This document shows positions 39,050 through 53,110 of a DNA stretch of 64,000 bases, one piece after another (within the stretch, counting starts at the first letter, position 1; each line of letters begins with the position of its first letter). This DNA comes from Nageia nagi. Lineage: Eukaryota; Plantae; Pinophyta. The notes under the pieces were generated by a model, which worked only from the letters and a program-made list of their open reading frames with translations, was not told where the DNA came from and did no database searches. The stretch is taken from assembly GCA_050084985.1 (NCBI GenBank), contig JBITNC010000001.1, positions 115,568,001-115,632,000 on the forward strand, given 5' to 3'. Made by a program: the position numbers and the translations under genes.

Positions 39050-41872
39050 AAATATTATGGTATTTTTAAAATGTGGTGGCATTTTAGTATTTTGTACCTG
39101 GCACATTTTGAATCTAAAATGCATAAACATTTCATTTTGGATCTATGTTTCATTAGTAGTTTTATGTTTAAAAGTTAAATTTAATGTATTTGGTTAATTT
39201 GTTCAAGTGTTCTGTGGTTTGTTAGATTGTTATATTCATGAATTCAATTTGTAAATATAGGTTTAATACTTTCTTTTTTTTTACTAATGGGTAAATTTTG
39301 TATTAATAAAAAAAATTATAATTTTTGAAAAGTACTCTTAACCTTTACATATATAACATAGTACATTAAGTCCAAATTTATGCATAGTTGAAAAACATAG
39401 CTATCCAAATTAACTAAATATTAAGAACATATTTAACAAACCAATTCAAAATGAGAAATATTATCGCCAAAAGATTTGAGCTTGACATGATATTTGCTAG
39501 TTTCCCACTCATTTCTCAAGGCTTGAGCCAAGTACCAAGTTGCTAATAGGTTTAATATTCTAACTTCTTTGATATACTATAGCAAGATCTACAAGTATAT
39601 ATAATAGGTTAAAAAGAGTAATAGAATAGAAAATAGGACATCATAGAATTTTGTTATAGAGTCTAATGAACTTTTATTGAGCCTAGTGCCAAGTAATGTA
39701 CAATATAGTATTCAATCTACAAATAACAAAGAAATGTATGAAAGAAATTTTTTCACTCATTGTTATTTCTAGATTAGCTACAAAGGCATGGAAGATATTA
39801 AAATATAAAGAGGAGATATCATCTCAAATTTTTGCTGAAGGGTGTCTTATGGAGAAGAAAAGTTTTTTTGTTGATGAAGCATGTCTCATGGTGCAGGAAA
39901 AAAAATTCATTTAAGGAGATTCATATAATGAATTCACACTAAATCTCATGGAGGAGAATGTTGAAGATCCAACTCAAAATTGTTGGTATAATGAAGATAT
40001 ATTTAAAAAGATAATATTCATGGAATAATGTTGCACTTAGGACCATTCAGTTGGAATGTAATAGTATCATCCTAAGGGGTAGATTTTAATGATAAAGGAG
40101 AAACGCTAACAATGGAGTGTTCTTTGCTTGAAGACCATTAATATTTCATGGGTGGATATTGTGAAACTCAACCATTTTGAGTTAATTATATTTTTCTTGA
40201 GAAGATAAGTACTTTATTAGATTTTGATATACAAGAAATTGTAGGTAAAGAGGAGATGCTTGATATTACCTTCATGTTTCAAGATCACTCATCAAGAATG
40301 AAAAATGATTTATGTGATAACTATCTTCCAAAAGAGGTGAAATAAAGAATGAGAATGAAAAATAAATTGATAAACTTAAAGTTGTAATAACAATGGAGGT
40401 ATCAATTATGGATGGAAGTCACTCATATGGACTAATAAATGATGATTAAAAAAAGAGTAATGATGGGATTTTCTTACTATGGATAAAGTAAAGGTTACAT
40501 ATGTAGAAACAACAAAAGACATTGAGAAAGGCATATGGATATCTACTCAGGAAATCATCATTGGAGGTGATAAATAATTTCTATTTGATTCATATACTAA
40601 TGATTTGATTAGACATTTTATAAATATTGTAGGGATAATTGTTGTAAATGAGAAATATGGTGAATATCTTTTCAAGAAATCATTTGAAAAAAAAAATTTA
40701 TTTAATTATTGTATTATGAAGATAGTATTAGAGCAAGATCTTATTAGAATGAAGTTAATATTTGGTTACTTGGATCATTTGTGTGGTAATATTTCTTTGA
40801 ATGAGAAATCATGTACAACCATTGTAATTCATGATATTTTATGTGAGGAGTTGTATTCCAAAGTATCATGGTTATGTTTTATTTGATAATGTGTGTATAG
40901 ATAGTAGAGATAGTTATGATGTAAAATCATCTATATAAGATGATTAATCTTAATAAATACTCATGTGGAGTAATTTTTTATGATGTAAAAGATGTAAATG
41001 ATGGTTACTTGCAAGATTGGCTATTGAAAATTAATATATTTGATATTGTCCAAATAACAATGGAGGAGATTTTTGATTAAGGGGGAGTTCATCATAATTA
41101 GGGACTTAGTCATTTGTAGATGAGAAGAGATTGAGGATAGCCCACATAGGGAGTGGAAGGAGTTCCAACATAAAGTTTTTTTGTATTTTTTAATCTTTTG
41201 AATCAAGATTGTAGGAAACATAAAATAATTATTTTCTACCAAGTTCGTGATGCTTTTGAACTTATAGAATGAGTTCCTTCACCAGGAAGGGGGAAATGGT
41301 GGAATTTAAGACAACTTAACTTGAAAATTTGATCTCAAAAATGAAATTTTAGCTCTCTTCCTAGCAATATTATTTGTATGCTAACTTGGCATTAAAAATG
41401 TTGTGGTATTTTAGAAACGCTATACCACTTTATACTTGGTATGTTTTAATGCTAAAATAAATTCATGTTTAAGTCCAAATACACATTTCATTAGTAGTTT
41501 CTAGTTCATAAGTTTTTCTGGAGTATTTTGTTAGTTTGTCTAAGTGTTGTATGATTTGTTAGACTATTATCTTCATGTATTGGATTGTTAAACATAGGTT
41601 TAATTTTTAAATTTATTTGATTTACTATAGTGATATGTACAATTCCATATAATGGATTAAATATTATAATAGCATATAATAAATAAGATCATGATATAAT
41701 ATCATGGAATAGAGATGTAGATAGAGCTCCAAGTGAGTCATTTTTAAGAGCATTGATCTATTAGATCATGTTCATATAGAAAGGCTATTAAATATATTAT
41801 TATACTAAAACATATACATTATTGTAATACTTTGTTGTAGAGTCTAATAAATTATTATTGATATGTCTTCCA
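39050..41872 (+). mobile_element. Old non-autonomous gypsy-type LTR element; left boundary approximate
   Basis: Diverged direct repeats 39055-39267 vs 41385-41604 and 39650-39691 vs 41830-41872. PPT AGGAAGGGGGAAA at 41284-41296, then TG. Decayed coding-like interior (FMGGYCETQPF, WRRFLIKG). Confidence 0.6.
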
Positions 41873-42899
41873 TAACCTAATTTTGGTTCAATCTTGTTAC
41901 TTATCTAAATCCAAGTTTGAAAGTTTTTGAGATTGTTAAACTCATATTATTTGCTTCTCTTGTTGTATATTTGAGTTCATTAAACTTATCAAGTTTATTG
42001 AAACATTCATGTAGTCAATCAAATAAAAAACTACATGGATAATAAAAATAACACTAAATCTAATAATCTCCCTCAATGAAGCATTGGGAATTTTATAATC
42101 AAATGCATGTCTCGTTGAACTTACAATGGCTAATCAATTTTTCAAACTCACTTGATAATACATCAAACCTCCTCAACTTCACTTAGAAATGCATATAGGT
42201 TGTTACAAGAGTTAATGGTGAAGATCAATGATTGTTATATATTAAACAATTATGTTGATTCTTCAAAGAATGATTTTGGTCCTTCAACACGAATGCAAGA
42301 TCTTAAATACTAATGTTAGTGCTTAAACATCAATGTTACTTCATAAACACTAATATTGCATTATGTTTTGCAAGGTTCAATAAATAAAACAATGATGTTA
42401 CATCATCACGTTGATGATCTAAGTGCCAAATCTACTATACTGTAGTAAAGACTTACATATATTAATTGTCTTACCATTAACAAGAATGATATTAGCACAA
42501 GGTATATATTATTCTAGTAGATAATATAAAGATTGAATTTGGCAACATGAAGATGATGATTTTAGCATAAGGTATGTTGCACTTCAACAAATAATACAAA
42601 CACATAGAAATAATATGTGAAGATGATGATGTCAAAATTGTGCTTCCCAAACCCAATGACATATCATATCAACAACATCCTTCTAGTACTCTAGTAACAT
42701 ATGAAATCAACAACATGCTTTTAGGATCCCAGTGATAGATGATATTAGCAATAAGGTTTCAAAATGATGAGAGAGAGAGAGAAAATAACATCTTCTTGTA
42801 CCTCGATAATACATGCCATCATAGATAATAGGGTTTTTGAATTCCAAGAAAATATCATTAGATAAAAATAATATCCAATAAGCAATAGTTAGATTTTAT

Positions 42900-44056
42900 A
42901 AGGGTTTAAATCACCCTAACAAAGAATACAAGGTACATGTGTTCCATAATTCAGGATAAAGATCTTGAACTTTAGAAAAACATAAAATAAAACTAGATAT
43001 AAGGTAATAATATATTAGATTCAAGCATGAAGACATATTGTAAAATACTCACTAAAAGCACTAATACTTGGATTAGCTTGAATAGAAGAAAAATTAGGCT
43101 TAAAGAAATAATTTCTTCCAATTGAATTTATCTAATCAGTAGATGGTATCTTCATTTGATAAAGTAAGTATTAAGTGACATTTTGAAGAGGTTTAGCATG
43201 GAAAACAATAATTAAACAACTATTATACCAATTGCAACAAATATCAAATTAAGCAATAAGGATTATAACAACAATGTACATTAAAATTTTTGTAAAAAGT
43301 TAATTTTTAGACTAGTGTATTTAATGAATGCTAGAGTGGACATTACATATTTACTGAGTTGGATTTAAAGATTTGTTGAAATACCAAAAAATACTCACTT
43401 TTAGGTAGGCAAAAAAGATTCTAGAACCAAACACCATGGGATATTTTATGCAATAAAAAATCAACTTGAACAAGTTGGGTATATAGACAATTGTTAGGGT
43501 GGCAATATTGATGATCGAAAGACAATTTCTAGATACATTTTCCATCTTGGATCTAAAGAAATTTCATAATCATTTAAGAAATAACTTATTGTTGCACTCT
43601 CTAGTAATGAGGTAATGTATGTTGTTGCCTCATCTTCTACAATTTAATAAATTTAGCTAAAAAGAATTTTAGGCAAGTTAAATAATCAGCATCAAAAGGA
43701 AAGAAAATTATTTTGTGATAACAAATGACCCATGTTATCCAAAGATCTTAAATTTAGTTAAAAAGAATTTTAACAAAGTTAAATTATCAACACAAAAAAA
43801 GAAACTAAAATATTTTGTGATAAGAAATGAGCCATAACATTGACTAAAGATCTTATATTTCATAGTTGAAGTAAAGACATTTATATTTGACATCATTTTT
43901 TTAGAGAGCTTGTAAAAAATAATTAAATTTAACTCTAATTTTTAGATCTTAAAATTAAGTTGCAGACATTTATACAAATCATATTAAAGCCAAAGATTAA
44001 AAAGTTGAATGAAATGTTAGGTATCAATATTTTGAGAGATTTAACTTAAGGGATAA
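42900..44056 (+). mobile_element. Ty1/copia RT-RNase H remnant
   Basis: GYIDNC*GGNIDDRKTISRYIFHLGS..IS*SFKK*LIVALSSNEVMYV matches copia GYTDSDWAG..DDRKSTSGY..SWSSKKQ..VALSSAEAEY. PPT-like TTAAGGGATAA then TGTT at 44057. Internal ~110-bp duplication at 43650-43860. Confidence 0.85.
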
Positions 44057-44223
44057 TGTTTAACATTAATCCAAAGTTCATCTACCTTATTTATTACCTT
44101 TTTGATAATATTAATGAATCCACATTTTTTTTTTATATTGCATTGTCACCGTGAGAAGAGGATAACTATATTACTATCTATTATTGAATGCTTATTATTC
44201 TTAGTTTTTCTATGGCCATACAC

Positions 44224-44427
44224 GTTCGAGAAGTCTCTCTTCACAACAATTAGACCTGTTCGAGAAGCTTCCTCATTTTTATATGAATATTTTTGTATGT
44301 ATGAATCATGCTCATGAATATAATACAAGGAATTTCAAGAAATACAATGTTTCTTTTGTGAGTGTAGCAACTAATGGAGTGTTCTTTTTTCTTGCCTGCT
44401 CTATTTACTAATGCTATGTTCCAGAAT
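44224..44427. promoter_or_regulatory. Cluster of heat-shock elements
   Basis: Perfect three-unit gTTCg-aGAAg-cTTCc at 44258-44272. Two-unit gTTCgaGAAg at 44224-44233 and gTTCcaGAAt at 44418-44427. Confidence 0.5.
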
Positions 44428-47400
44428 ATCTACTATGCGTCATGCATGGTTTTGAAGCTATTCATCAGTCAACAAAATATTGCATTTCACATCGAACTTG
44501 TGCTAATCTCTCATATATTTATAAATTAATTGCGTAGACTGCACAATATTTGAGTAGCAAGCCCACGTTAACGTCATTATTCTCTCTACGTATTTGGTAG
44601 TTCCTAAAATCAACACAATAATTGCAGTAGCAAAAAGAATCCATTCCAATTTTCATCCTCCAGTTGGATTGCAAATAAAATGATATAGATTACCACCAAA
44701 ATCTTATTTATCATATTGAATAGGTACCTTGTCCTGAGTTTATTATCAGATGTCGAATAGGTTGTCATGGTATTGCATCCTCCCAAACGAAGTGGCAAGA
44801 GACGATCTGATAATGTATACAAAATTATAGTTTGAGATGAATGAAGCATTGTACCAAGTGCAGAGGTAGCAATGCCATCCATTGGCATGTAGGCTAATCA
44901 TACTGATAGGGCCAAACATTTTTTTGAACTCTGAAGTCTGCTTGCACAACTAAAAGTAAGAAACAGTAAATCCTAGATAAATGATTACCAATTAAAAACA
45001 ATAAATCCTAGATAAATTTAACATAAGATATAGTCTTATCAACACCCATAAGCATTATTCCAAGCAATAGCTTCCAATTATATATATAAAATCTATTGAC
45101 ACAAATCTTTCGAATAAAAATATGATTATAAAGTGATTAATTAATATTGGAAAGCTTTAGTATGTTTCTCAAGTTTTGAAACAAATCTTGGACAATCATA
45201 AACTAACTTTAAAGAGTATTTTGAACTTGGATTTGAATGCTTGAAGCATTCTTGAGTAGTGAGAGACTGTGAGAGCCCAATAAAACCAAATATGCTTCTC
45301 ATATTTTCATATTTATGCAAGTTTCTATGGATAGTTAAGCAAAAGAAATACTAATCTTATTTTCCATCTTATTATATCATAATTTACATTTGGTCCACTC
45401 TTTATTTGTTCTCCCAACTCCTAAGAAGTTATATGTGAAGTTTCAAATCCATTAATTTTATGCTTAAGAATATGATTTTTTGAGTTTTTGATTATAGGGA
45501 CACATGATAGCATACACTTTTTCATTCCATTTGTATGTTTTAATAACAATTAGACATTCCATTTGCAACATACATATCCAATAAGATTTAACATTATTAA
45601 CCTCTTTATTAGAATATTATTTACTTTGATCTTATCCTCAAAGCAAGGTTTGACCAAACGTTTAATAGTATTCTAGAACTCATTTTTATATTTTATTTCA
45701 TGATATGTAATTAGTAAGTCTAAAATCAAAGTCTGCAACCTTTGTTTGCATTCTTCTACTTGAAAGTTCTAAAAAGAAAACATATGGATATCTATCAAAG
45801 AGTATTTGTAAATGGTTTTTTGTTGAATGTTATGATTTTGAGTTCCATAATAGACATATAAGCAGAACATAGAATAATACAAAAGGTTCAAAATTTTGCC
45901 ATGATGCATGATGCGAATACAAATTCATGGAGTACAATAGGCATAAGATATACATAAAATCATTTTTCAGAAAAAGATCTAGAGACTTTTAAGGATTATA
46001 TCTAATTGTTAGGTGTAAATCCAAACTCTACAATATTTATGGGTCTTTTTTTAGCATGTGCCTCCATGGGTTATCTAGAAGAAGGTATGGACATCCTTCA
46101 CAAGTAGTTGAAAATAGTTTTCATCAAATGTTGTTATTCGCAATGCCTTAATAGACATGTATGCATGAAAGAATACATAGGGAATAACAAGTGAAGCTTG
46201 ATAAGATGCATAAAATAAACATATATTAAGAAATAAAATGTTTTGGTGTGTACATAATTTAATAAAATCAAATTTATCCTTTCTCAATAATACAAGAGTA
46301 ATCTCTTCATATGAACTCATCTTTTAAGATTTTTTTTAGTTATAATGGTAAAGATCTCATCTATGGACAAGAATATGGCGCTCAAGTTATGACCAAATTT
46401 CTTTATAACTATGTAGCCGTAAAGGAATCAAATTAGGATTCACAAAGAGGATTACTAGTAAATTTGTAAGGCTTCTTTGAAATAATTTAATGTGGATTTA
46501 GTAAGGGAACAATTATATAGGCTTCCTTGAAATAATTTATCTTTACATTATAAAATAATGCAATCATTCTTAACTAATTAGATATAGCTTGAGATTTCAT
46601 TATCTTTAAATAATTGAAATATCAAAGTAATGAATTGAATGGATAATGAATATGTCAATATTTAATATTTTTTATAAGTAGTTAAAAAAAACATTTTTAA
46701 AGATTCCTTTAACCTTATACATAAAATCCCTAAATATATTTTATAATAATATACACATAAGGATTATAACAAATAGAAATTGAAGTCTTTCTAGAGTATA
46801 TAGTCTTGCAAAAAAGTAAATAATAAATATCCTTTATCAAAAAATTCTTAGCCATTAACATATGGTCTTAATTATGTAATCATATGAAAGTAATGTTTAA
46901 AATAATCCAAAAAGTAATAGAGACATTAATACTATTGATTCTTAAGTTTTTCAACATCTTGCTCTCATAATAATATCTCATTAGTTTTGATCATCTTTAT
47001 TTCTATCTCTTCTAACAAGTATAGAGATTCTTCAGTGAAGTTGAGTACAATATTAGGACATCTCTTCACTTAAAAATAAAAATTTTTCATGGTCTCTCTA
47101 TGTGTGTGTGTGCATGTCCTTCCAAAATCTCTTTTATAGAAGAGAGGATTAGAATTACTAAATTACTTTGTATGATTATATTTTCAAATATAATTTAATA
47201 TTATTTACATTTGTCTAAATTTTTTTTAAAGAGATTACATTTTTGTTTATGGAAATGTTGATAAGTTAACCTTTCATTGTATTATTTTGATGAATTGATG
47301 TGATGATATTATTGTTAAGCGTATTGACCAAATTACATATTAAAAATGCTTATGGTTACATAAGATACAATGAATGAAATATTTAAATTCATATTTAAGA

Positions 47401-48994
47401 TATCAATGTAATGTAGAAGGTATATGATGCAATCCGTATATCTAATTCCTCCTTAGTAGAGTATTATAATTCATTCAACCTTTAATAATGCAACATAATA
47501 TGTAGGACCTACCATTATAAGTGATACTATCATTACTATGAACGGTTATGATTGGTCATTACATACTCTTAAGAGGATGTTAGCATCTATAAGATGATTT
47601 TTTTAAATGTTGGTAATTCCTAAAAATTGGTATGATTGGCCATGAATATTTTTATTCATTAATTTGACTTAAGTTATGTTATTTATTCTACAATTATGTT
47701 CAATTAAAATATGTTTGAATAGTTTATCTTCTACCTCAATTATAATGTTTAGTGGTTTGTTTCTTGAAGCATTCCTTCCCTTATAGTTTATTTTGTAATT
47801 ATAAAAACAAATGGAGCATGTGTTTATTGCTCTTAAATATATGACAAGTCTATGAAATGATTATATATTTTATGTTGGGATGTTGATTATTTTAAGCATA
47901 TATGAAGGTGTTTTTGTATGTTTTGTTAACATTTGAAGTAAATGAAAAGTTTATATCTTAGTCTATGCTAATTTCAATTGGTGGATTGTGTTATTATTAG
48001 GGAAAGGATTTGTTATATAGTTATAAGTTGAATAATAATTTAATTTTGTTGGTTATTTTATCATAGTCAATGACTAATTTTTTAATTTCATAAGACAACA
48101 TATATATTTGTAATAAATGTACAATTTGTAGTTTTTGTTTAGTTGATTACATTTAATTCATTATTTATTTTTATTAAAGGTTAGTTTTGACAGTTTTGAT
48201 GGTTGTTATGTTGAGGTAAATTATTTTGATAACTATCAAGATTTCAATAGGAGTATGTAAATGGGTTATCTACCTGTATTTTACCATGATAAATCATTTC
48301 TTATATTATTCTTCCAAACTACTTATATTTATTCATACCATTACCATTTATTACAAACATAACTTGTCAAGTTTCAAAATTTGAGCTCCAAAAGTCAAAT
48401 ATCACACTTACTAATAAAGTGTAGACCCCATCATGTTTGAAATAAAAACATGATCAGTGTTTTGGAAATGATCCTACTTTTTCAAGAAACATGACCACTC
48501 AACACAATTAGGCTGAAAAATGATCATGTTTTAGCTTGTTAGTTTCTGGGTAATTTCCTAACAAACTGCCAAGTAGTTTAACTTCTTTTTCTTGTATTTT
48601 CTAGTTCATTTTACTTACTATTTTCAATTAGTTAGTATATATATGTATAATTAAGTGTTTCCAACTTGTAATTAATCATTTGGTGTAATTTATAAATTGC
48701 ACCTTATAATTGTAAAGAAAACTATTTGATGAAATGTCATAGTAAGAATTCCACTTTGTTTTCTAGATCAGTGTCAATTTTTGAATTGTGTAATGCAATT
48801 ATGAATGTTGGGTGAATGTATGATGATTCTATATGTGTATTTCTTTAAGATAATGTGATTAAAACTTCACCATTGATATGACATAAATTTTAGTATTTAT
48901 TCTCTTCATACCATTAAGATTTTATTTTGTTTGATCTATAGGCTTCATTTCTAGTAGGCTTCTTTCAATGTCCAAACTTATTTTTCTTAAAGAG

Positions 48995-49012
48995 GTGTGT
49001 GTGTGTGTTGTT

Positions 49013-49065
<53 letters not shown>
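48995..49065. repeat. Compound (GT)n/(TA)n microsatellite
   Basis: Read directly. Confidence 0.95.
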
Positions 49066-49069
<4 letters not shown>

Positions 49070-51652
49070 AGTCATTAGATTACATTAGGCTATAATCATC
49101 AAAAATGGAAATTTAATGATATCATTAATGAAATTTTCAAGAATAAAATTTTTGATAGATAAAAGGAGTAAATTAAGTATTGTATATAGTTATTTGTACT
49201 AATATAATATCGATCATATTAATGATAATATAAATATTTGTAGCATTAGTTCATCATCATGATTAATATGGTAGCATGAATACCTGAATGTGTGAAGATT
49301 ATTTTTATGATATTCTTTACCCTTGAACTTATTAAATTTTGGTATTTCAAAATAGAATGATATTATTTGATTAAATTCAAAGTTGGATTGATTTATTGCT
49401 TATTTAGCTATATATCAATTTATTATGGTAAATTTCTTTATTTTTTATTTTAAAATATTAAATATATTATGAATACCTTGGACAAGATATTCAAACTGTG
49501 TTTTATGGTTTACTTATGTATGAAAATATGGAAAGAATGGTGGTTTAGTGAAATTTGTTGCACAGAGTATCATTTTTTTTTAATTTTTGGTTATATGGAA
49601 AGAATGGTGGTTTAGTGAAATGGTTAGTGTTATCATAGAATTGGTTTTATGAATATCATTGTTTGATTTTGTATGTTAGGTTGATTTAGGATTTGAATAT
49701 ATTTCTTTATAAAAAATATATTTGTAACAAATAGGTTTTTGATGTTCCACTTTTTGGTAGTTCTTTGATAATATTCAACTAGGAATTCATTTTGTATTAG
49801 GATCTTCCCTTTGCCATGTTATTAATTTCACTATGATATGAAAAATATATTCTATATTATTATTATTATTTATGCAATATTGTACTACATGATAGATGGA
49901 TTCTTAAGGGTAAAGGATTGAATATGTTTAAAGGAATCCTTATATATATGCAAAGTTTATGAAGGCTCAATTCGATGTTAAATCATGTCTAACACCTTGG
50001 TATTGGTGTGGTGTTTTTCACACCCTAGTTTGTGCATAAGTTTATAGATAAACATACTTAGGAAATAATGATACATCATTTGATAGACTTATAGAATAAA
50101 GGCTTTAGACTAGTAAAAACTCAAATCACAAAATTAAGTATGCCAATAATGTGTCTATATAAAAAGTTAAATCTAAATATTGATATCCTTTTTATGTCTT
50201 TGAACCTATGATTTGAAAATACTTTGGGTCAAAAAAATTAATAGCATCTTTTATTCAGGAACTTGTGCGATAAAGATGATAACTTGCTTAAGATAATTAA
50301 GCTATTTATGCAATTATGATAAAATGGAAAAAAATAATGTAAATAATAAAATGATAATGATTTATGCTAATGATTATGGTAAAGTTATATAGATGTAATT
50401 TTACTAACAAGTTATACAGCGTTATCAATTTTATGCTACAAAAATCTACATTTATGATTCAAGATTCATTGTAAAAGTTTATAACATAAAATTAGATTTC
50501 TAAAAACTATTGAATTATGTTGCATAGATGGATCTATGTATTTTATGGTAAATAAAAGAATCTACAAACACATATTATATATGCCCTTATGAATGTGAAA
50601 CATGCTTCTACAAATAATAAATACACAAGCATGAAATGTTAGATCCATAATATTGAAGGAAATAAGTTACAAAAAATAGAGGCTAGGTAGATTTATATAT
50701 GTCAATGGTATAAAGTAGGGTCTATATAAATAGATCCACATATCCAATCTTAATTGATTGAATAAATTTTTAGGAATATAGATAAGGATGATGACATCAT
50801 TTTACAAATCTCAAGATGATGATAACACTTTTATTAGGAATTCCGTATAAAGTTTAAGTTTTGAATGCTTTGAAATATGGGGTTCCTTGAAATTCGGCAA
50901 TTAAATTCGATGTTGATAAGGGGAAATACAATAATGTTAAAAAATAAAGGGTTTTTTCTTATTATAGGTTTATTTATAAACCTTATAAGGATATGTAGAG
51001 GATATTAAAAAATATGAGGTTTATTATAATCAATCGATAAAAGGATAGTATGCCTTATTCCCTCATTATTAATTGTAGTATTATTTTTAAGGTAATTCAT
51101 TAATGAGAAGGTTATTAATCAGTAATTATTTAATAATTTTAATGGTTTGATATAAGGATGATGTATTATCTTTTTTATGTCTCTACCAAGGTTAGAATTT
51201 TATAAAAAAATGAGGAAACAAAACGTGTTTAAGGTTGTAATGCTAGCTAATCAATTTTTTTACTTGGTTCATTATCTTAGGAATGATTTCGATTTGATAT
51301 TAATAGATTTTTATCAAACAGTGCAGAAAAATACACAATTCAATATGAGTAATAAGGTTAACTTATTGAGATCATTTTTGTTGGGTTATACACCAAGGAT
51401 TTAACTAAGGTTTCAATTGGAAAACCCAAGGTATACAAAATCATATTATTAAATAAAGTTAATAGAATTGTGTTTAACAAAAAGAAGATGAAATTAAAAA
51501 TTAAGTTTATGTTACTATTAAATACAACGTAATCTCCTCAAATAGAAAAATAAAAAGCAAACATATATAAACATGATATAATGAAAAAATGATAATTGGA
51601 TTTAGTATAAAGGGAAACATAATCTTTCATTATAAATAGAAAAATAAATTAT

Positions 51653-52028
51653 AAACAAATATGAACATAAAATACTATAAATTTAATAGTTTATTGACTA
51701 TGGATAACTTGAAATTTCAATAATTAATTGCTTACTTGTTAAACACATAAAAATTGCAAGCTTGAAACTCGTATAATATAAAGATCAAATTGTGTTATGA
51801 TAAACTATAATATAATATAAACTTGATATATAACTTTGTATCTTTCAAACATATATGTAAACATAAAATATGAAAGAAAATGATAATTAATTGATTATAA
51901 AAATTAAAATTTCAATAATCAATTATTTAGTTATTAAGAACATTAAGATGCAAGCTTGAAACTTCTATAATATAAAGGACAAAATTGTATTATGATAAAC
52001 TATCATATAATATAACTTCATATCTTTC
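51653..52028. repeat. Two ~190-bp degenerate tandem copies
   Basis: Shared blocks AAATTTCAATAAT, TGCAAGCTTGAAACT and TTATGATAAACTAT..TATCTTTC. Confidence 0.8.
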
Positions 52029-52729
52029 ATAACCTAGAATGTTATTTCTTAACTATACAGGAAGAATAATACAATTTGAGGGTATCTGACAATAAATAAA
52101 TATTTAGACGACAACACTACTCGTAATGCCATCACCTCGACTATTTTTAGTTAATCGACCTTATGATTGAAAACTCAACACTATTATCAAATATCGACGG
52201 TAATTTAAAAATACACATATGTCAAAATGAGAACTTAATAACAAGTCTATAATCTTAAAAATTATAATTTTAAATACGATTATGAAATCATGATTCTAGG
52301 TGCATTAAATGCTTACACCTTTTGAAACAACCTGATTCGACAGAGTGGCTAGCCCTGTTAAATATCCTCCTTTGAAGTAGCTACCAAAATATAGGTAGAA
52401 TTCCCAATGTTCAGTCGATAAATACGTATAACTTTAATGCTCCTAAGACATGTGTGATTAAACATGTGTGATTGCTTCATTTCTACTGCGATTATTCTGT
52501 TCACCTTTGATCAAATCTCTCCAACACATGTTCAGAAAGAACACTTCGTTGATCCGTCTGCTCCGTGTAGGTATATATTTTCACCATAGAACAAGTTCTG
52601 GTGCTTTCGCAGGCGATATGTAAACGGAATCCTTCCAATGTAGGCGATACTTATTCTGAATTCTTCGGATAGCATGTTACCGATTGTAAAGTGGTGTCAA
52701 CCAAAAGACACATTCAAAGCGTAATGTAT

Positions 52730-52738
52730 CTATAAATA
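52730..52738 (+). promoter_or_regulatory. TATA box upstream of the hairpin
   Basis: CTATAAATA, ~60-70 nt upstream of the stem base, in CpG-retaining non-TE sequence. Confidence 0.55.
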
Positions 52739-52799
52739 TAAACCTCTGCTGATAACCTGACTCGCAAAGTTATGCGGCTTTTCTCAATTTCGAAGATAA

Positions 52800-53110
52800 T
52801 GTGGGTTTTCTCAATTGCTATGATGGAAAACTTGTGAGATCTGGCCAAATCTGCCCAAGCTTATCACCTGTGACGCGCGACCCAAGGGCTGTAGCATGCA
52901 CAAACCCTTGTGGAGGCAAGCCGATCTTAGTCGGAGTTCAATCTCCGGATGGGGTTTCGGGTGTTTATATATGAACTACTTAGCCTTTAGTAAAGCTTGA
53001 GTAGGCCCTCTGCAGCGGATTTTTTACTATTTTGAACTCGTCTGTCTGGTGCCAAATTAGGGCAGATTTGGCAATCTCACAAGCTTCCATGATGGCAACG
53101 AGGTTTCGCA
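52800..53110 (+). ncRNA. Candidate MIRNA precursor (long imperfect fold-back)
   Basis: 52815-52856 (TTGCTATGATGGAAAACTTGTGAGATCTGGCCAAATCTGCCC) pairs with 53060-53098 (GGGCAGATTTGGCAATCTCACAAGCTTCCATGATGGCAA), including a perfect 13-bp block. The stem extends outward with G:U pairs and inward (CACC/GGTG, GACG/CGTC, GCTGTAG/CTGCAGC). Confidence 0.55.

Noticed and set aside
44610-44967. Good minus-strand splice acceptor near 44951 and ORFs 44746-44949 and 44610-44888
   Set aside because: No frame gives a recognisable protein and no upstream exon was found.
46075-46320. Weak hAT/DUF659-like wording (SSYEEITLVLLRKD)
   Set aside because: Too short and degenerate to support a call.
49526-49621. 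Exact 29-bp direct repeat ATATGGAAAGAATGGTGGTTTAGTGAAAT with a 38-bp spacer
   Set aside because: Only two copies; best explained as a local duplication scar, not an array.
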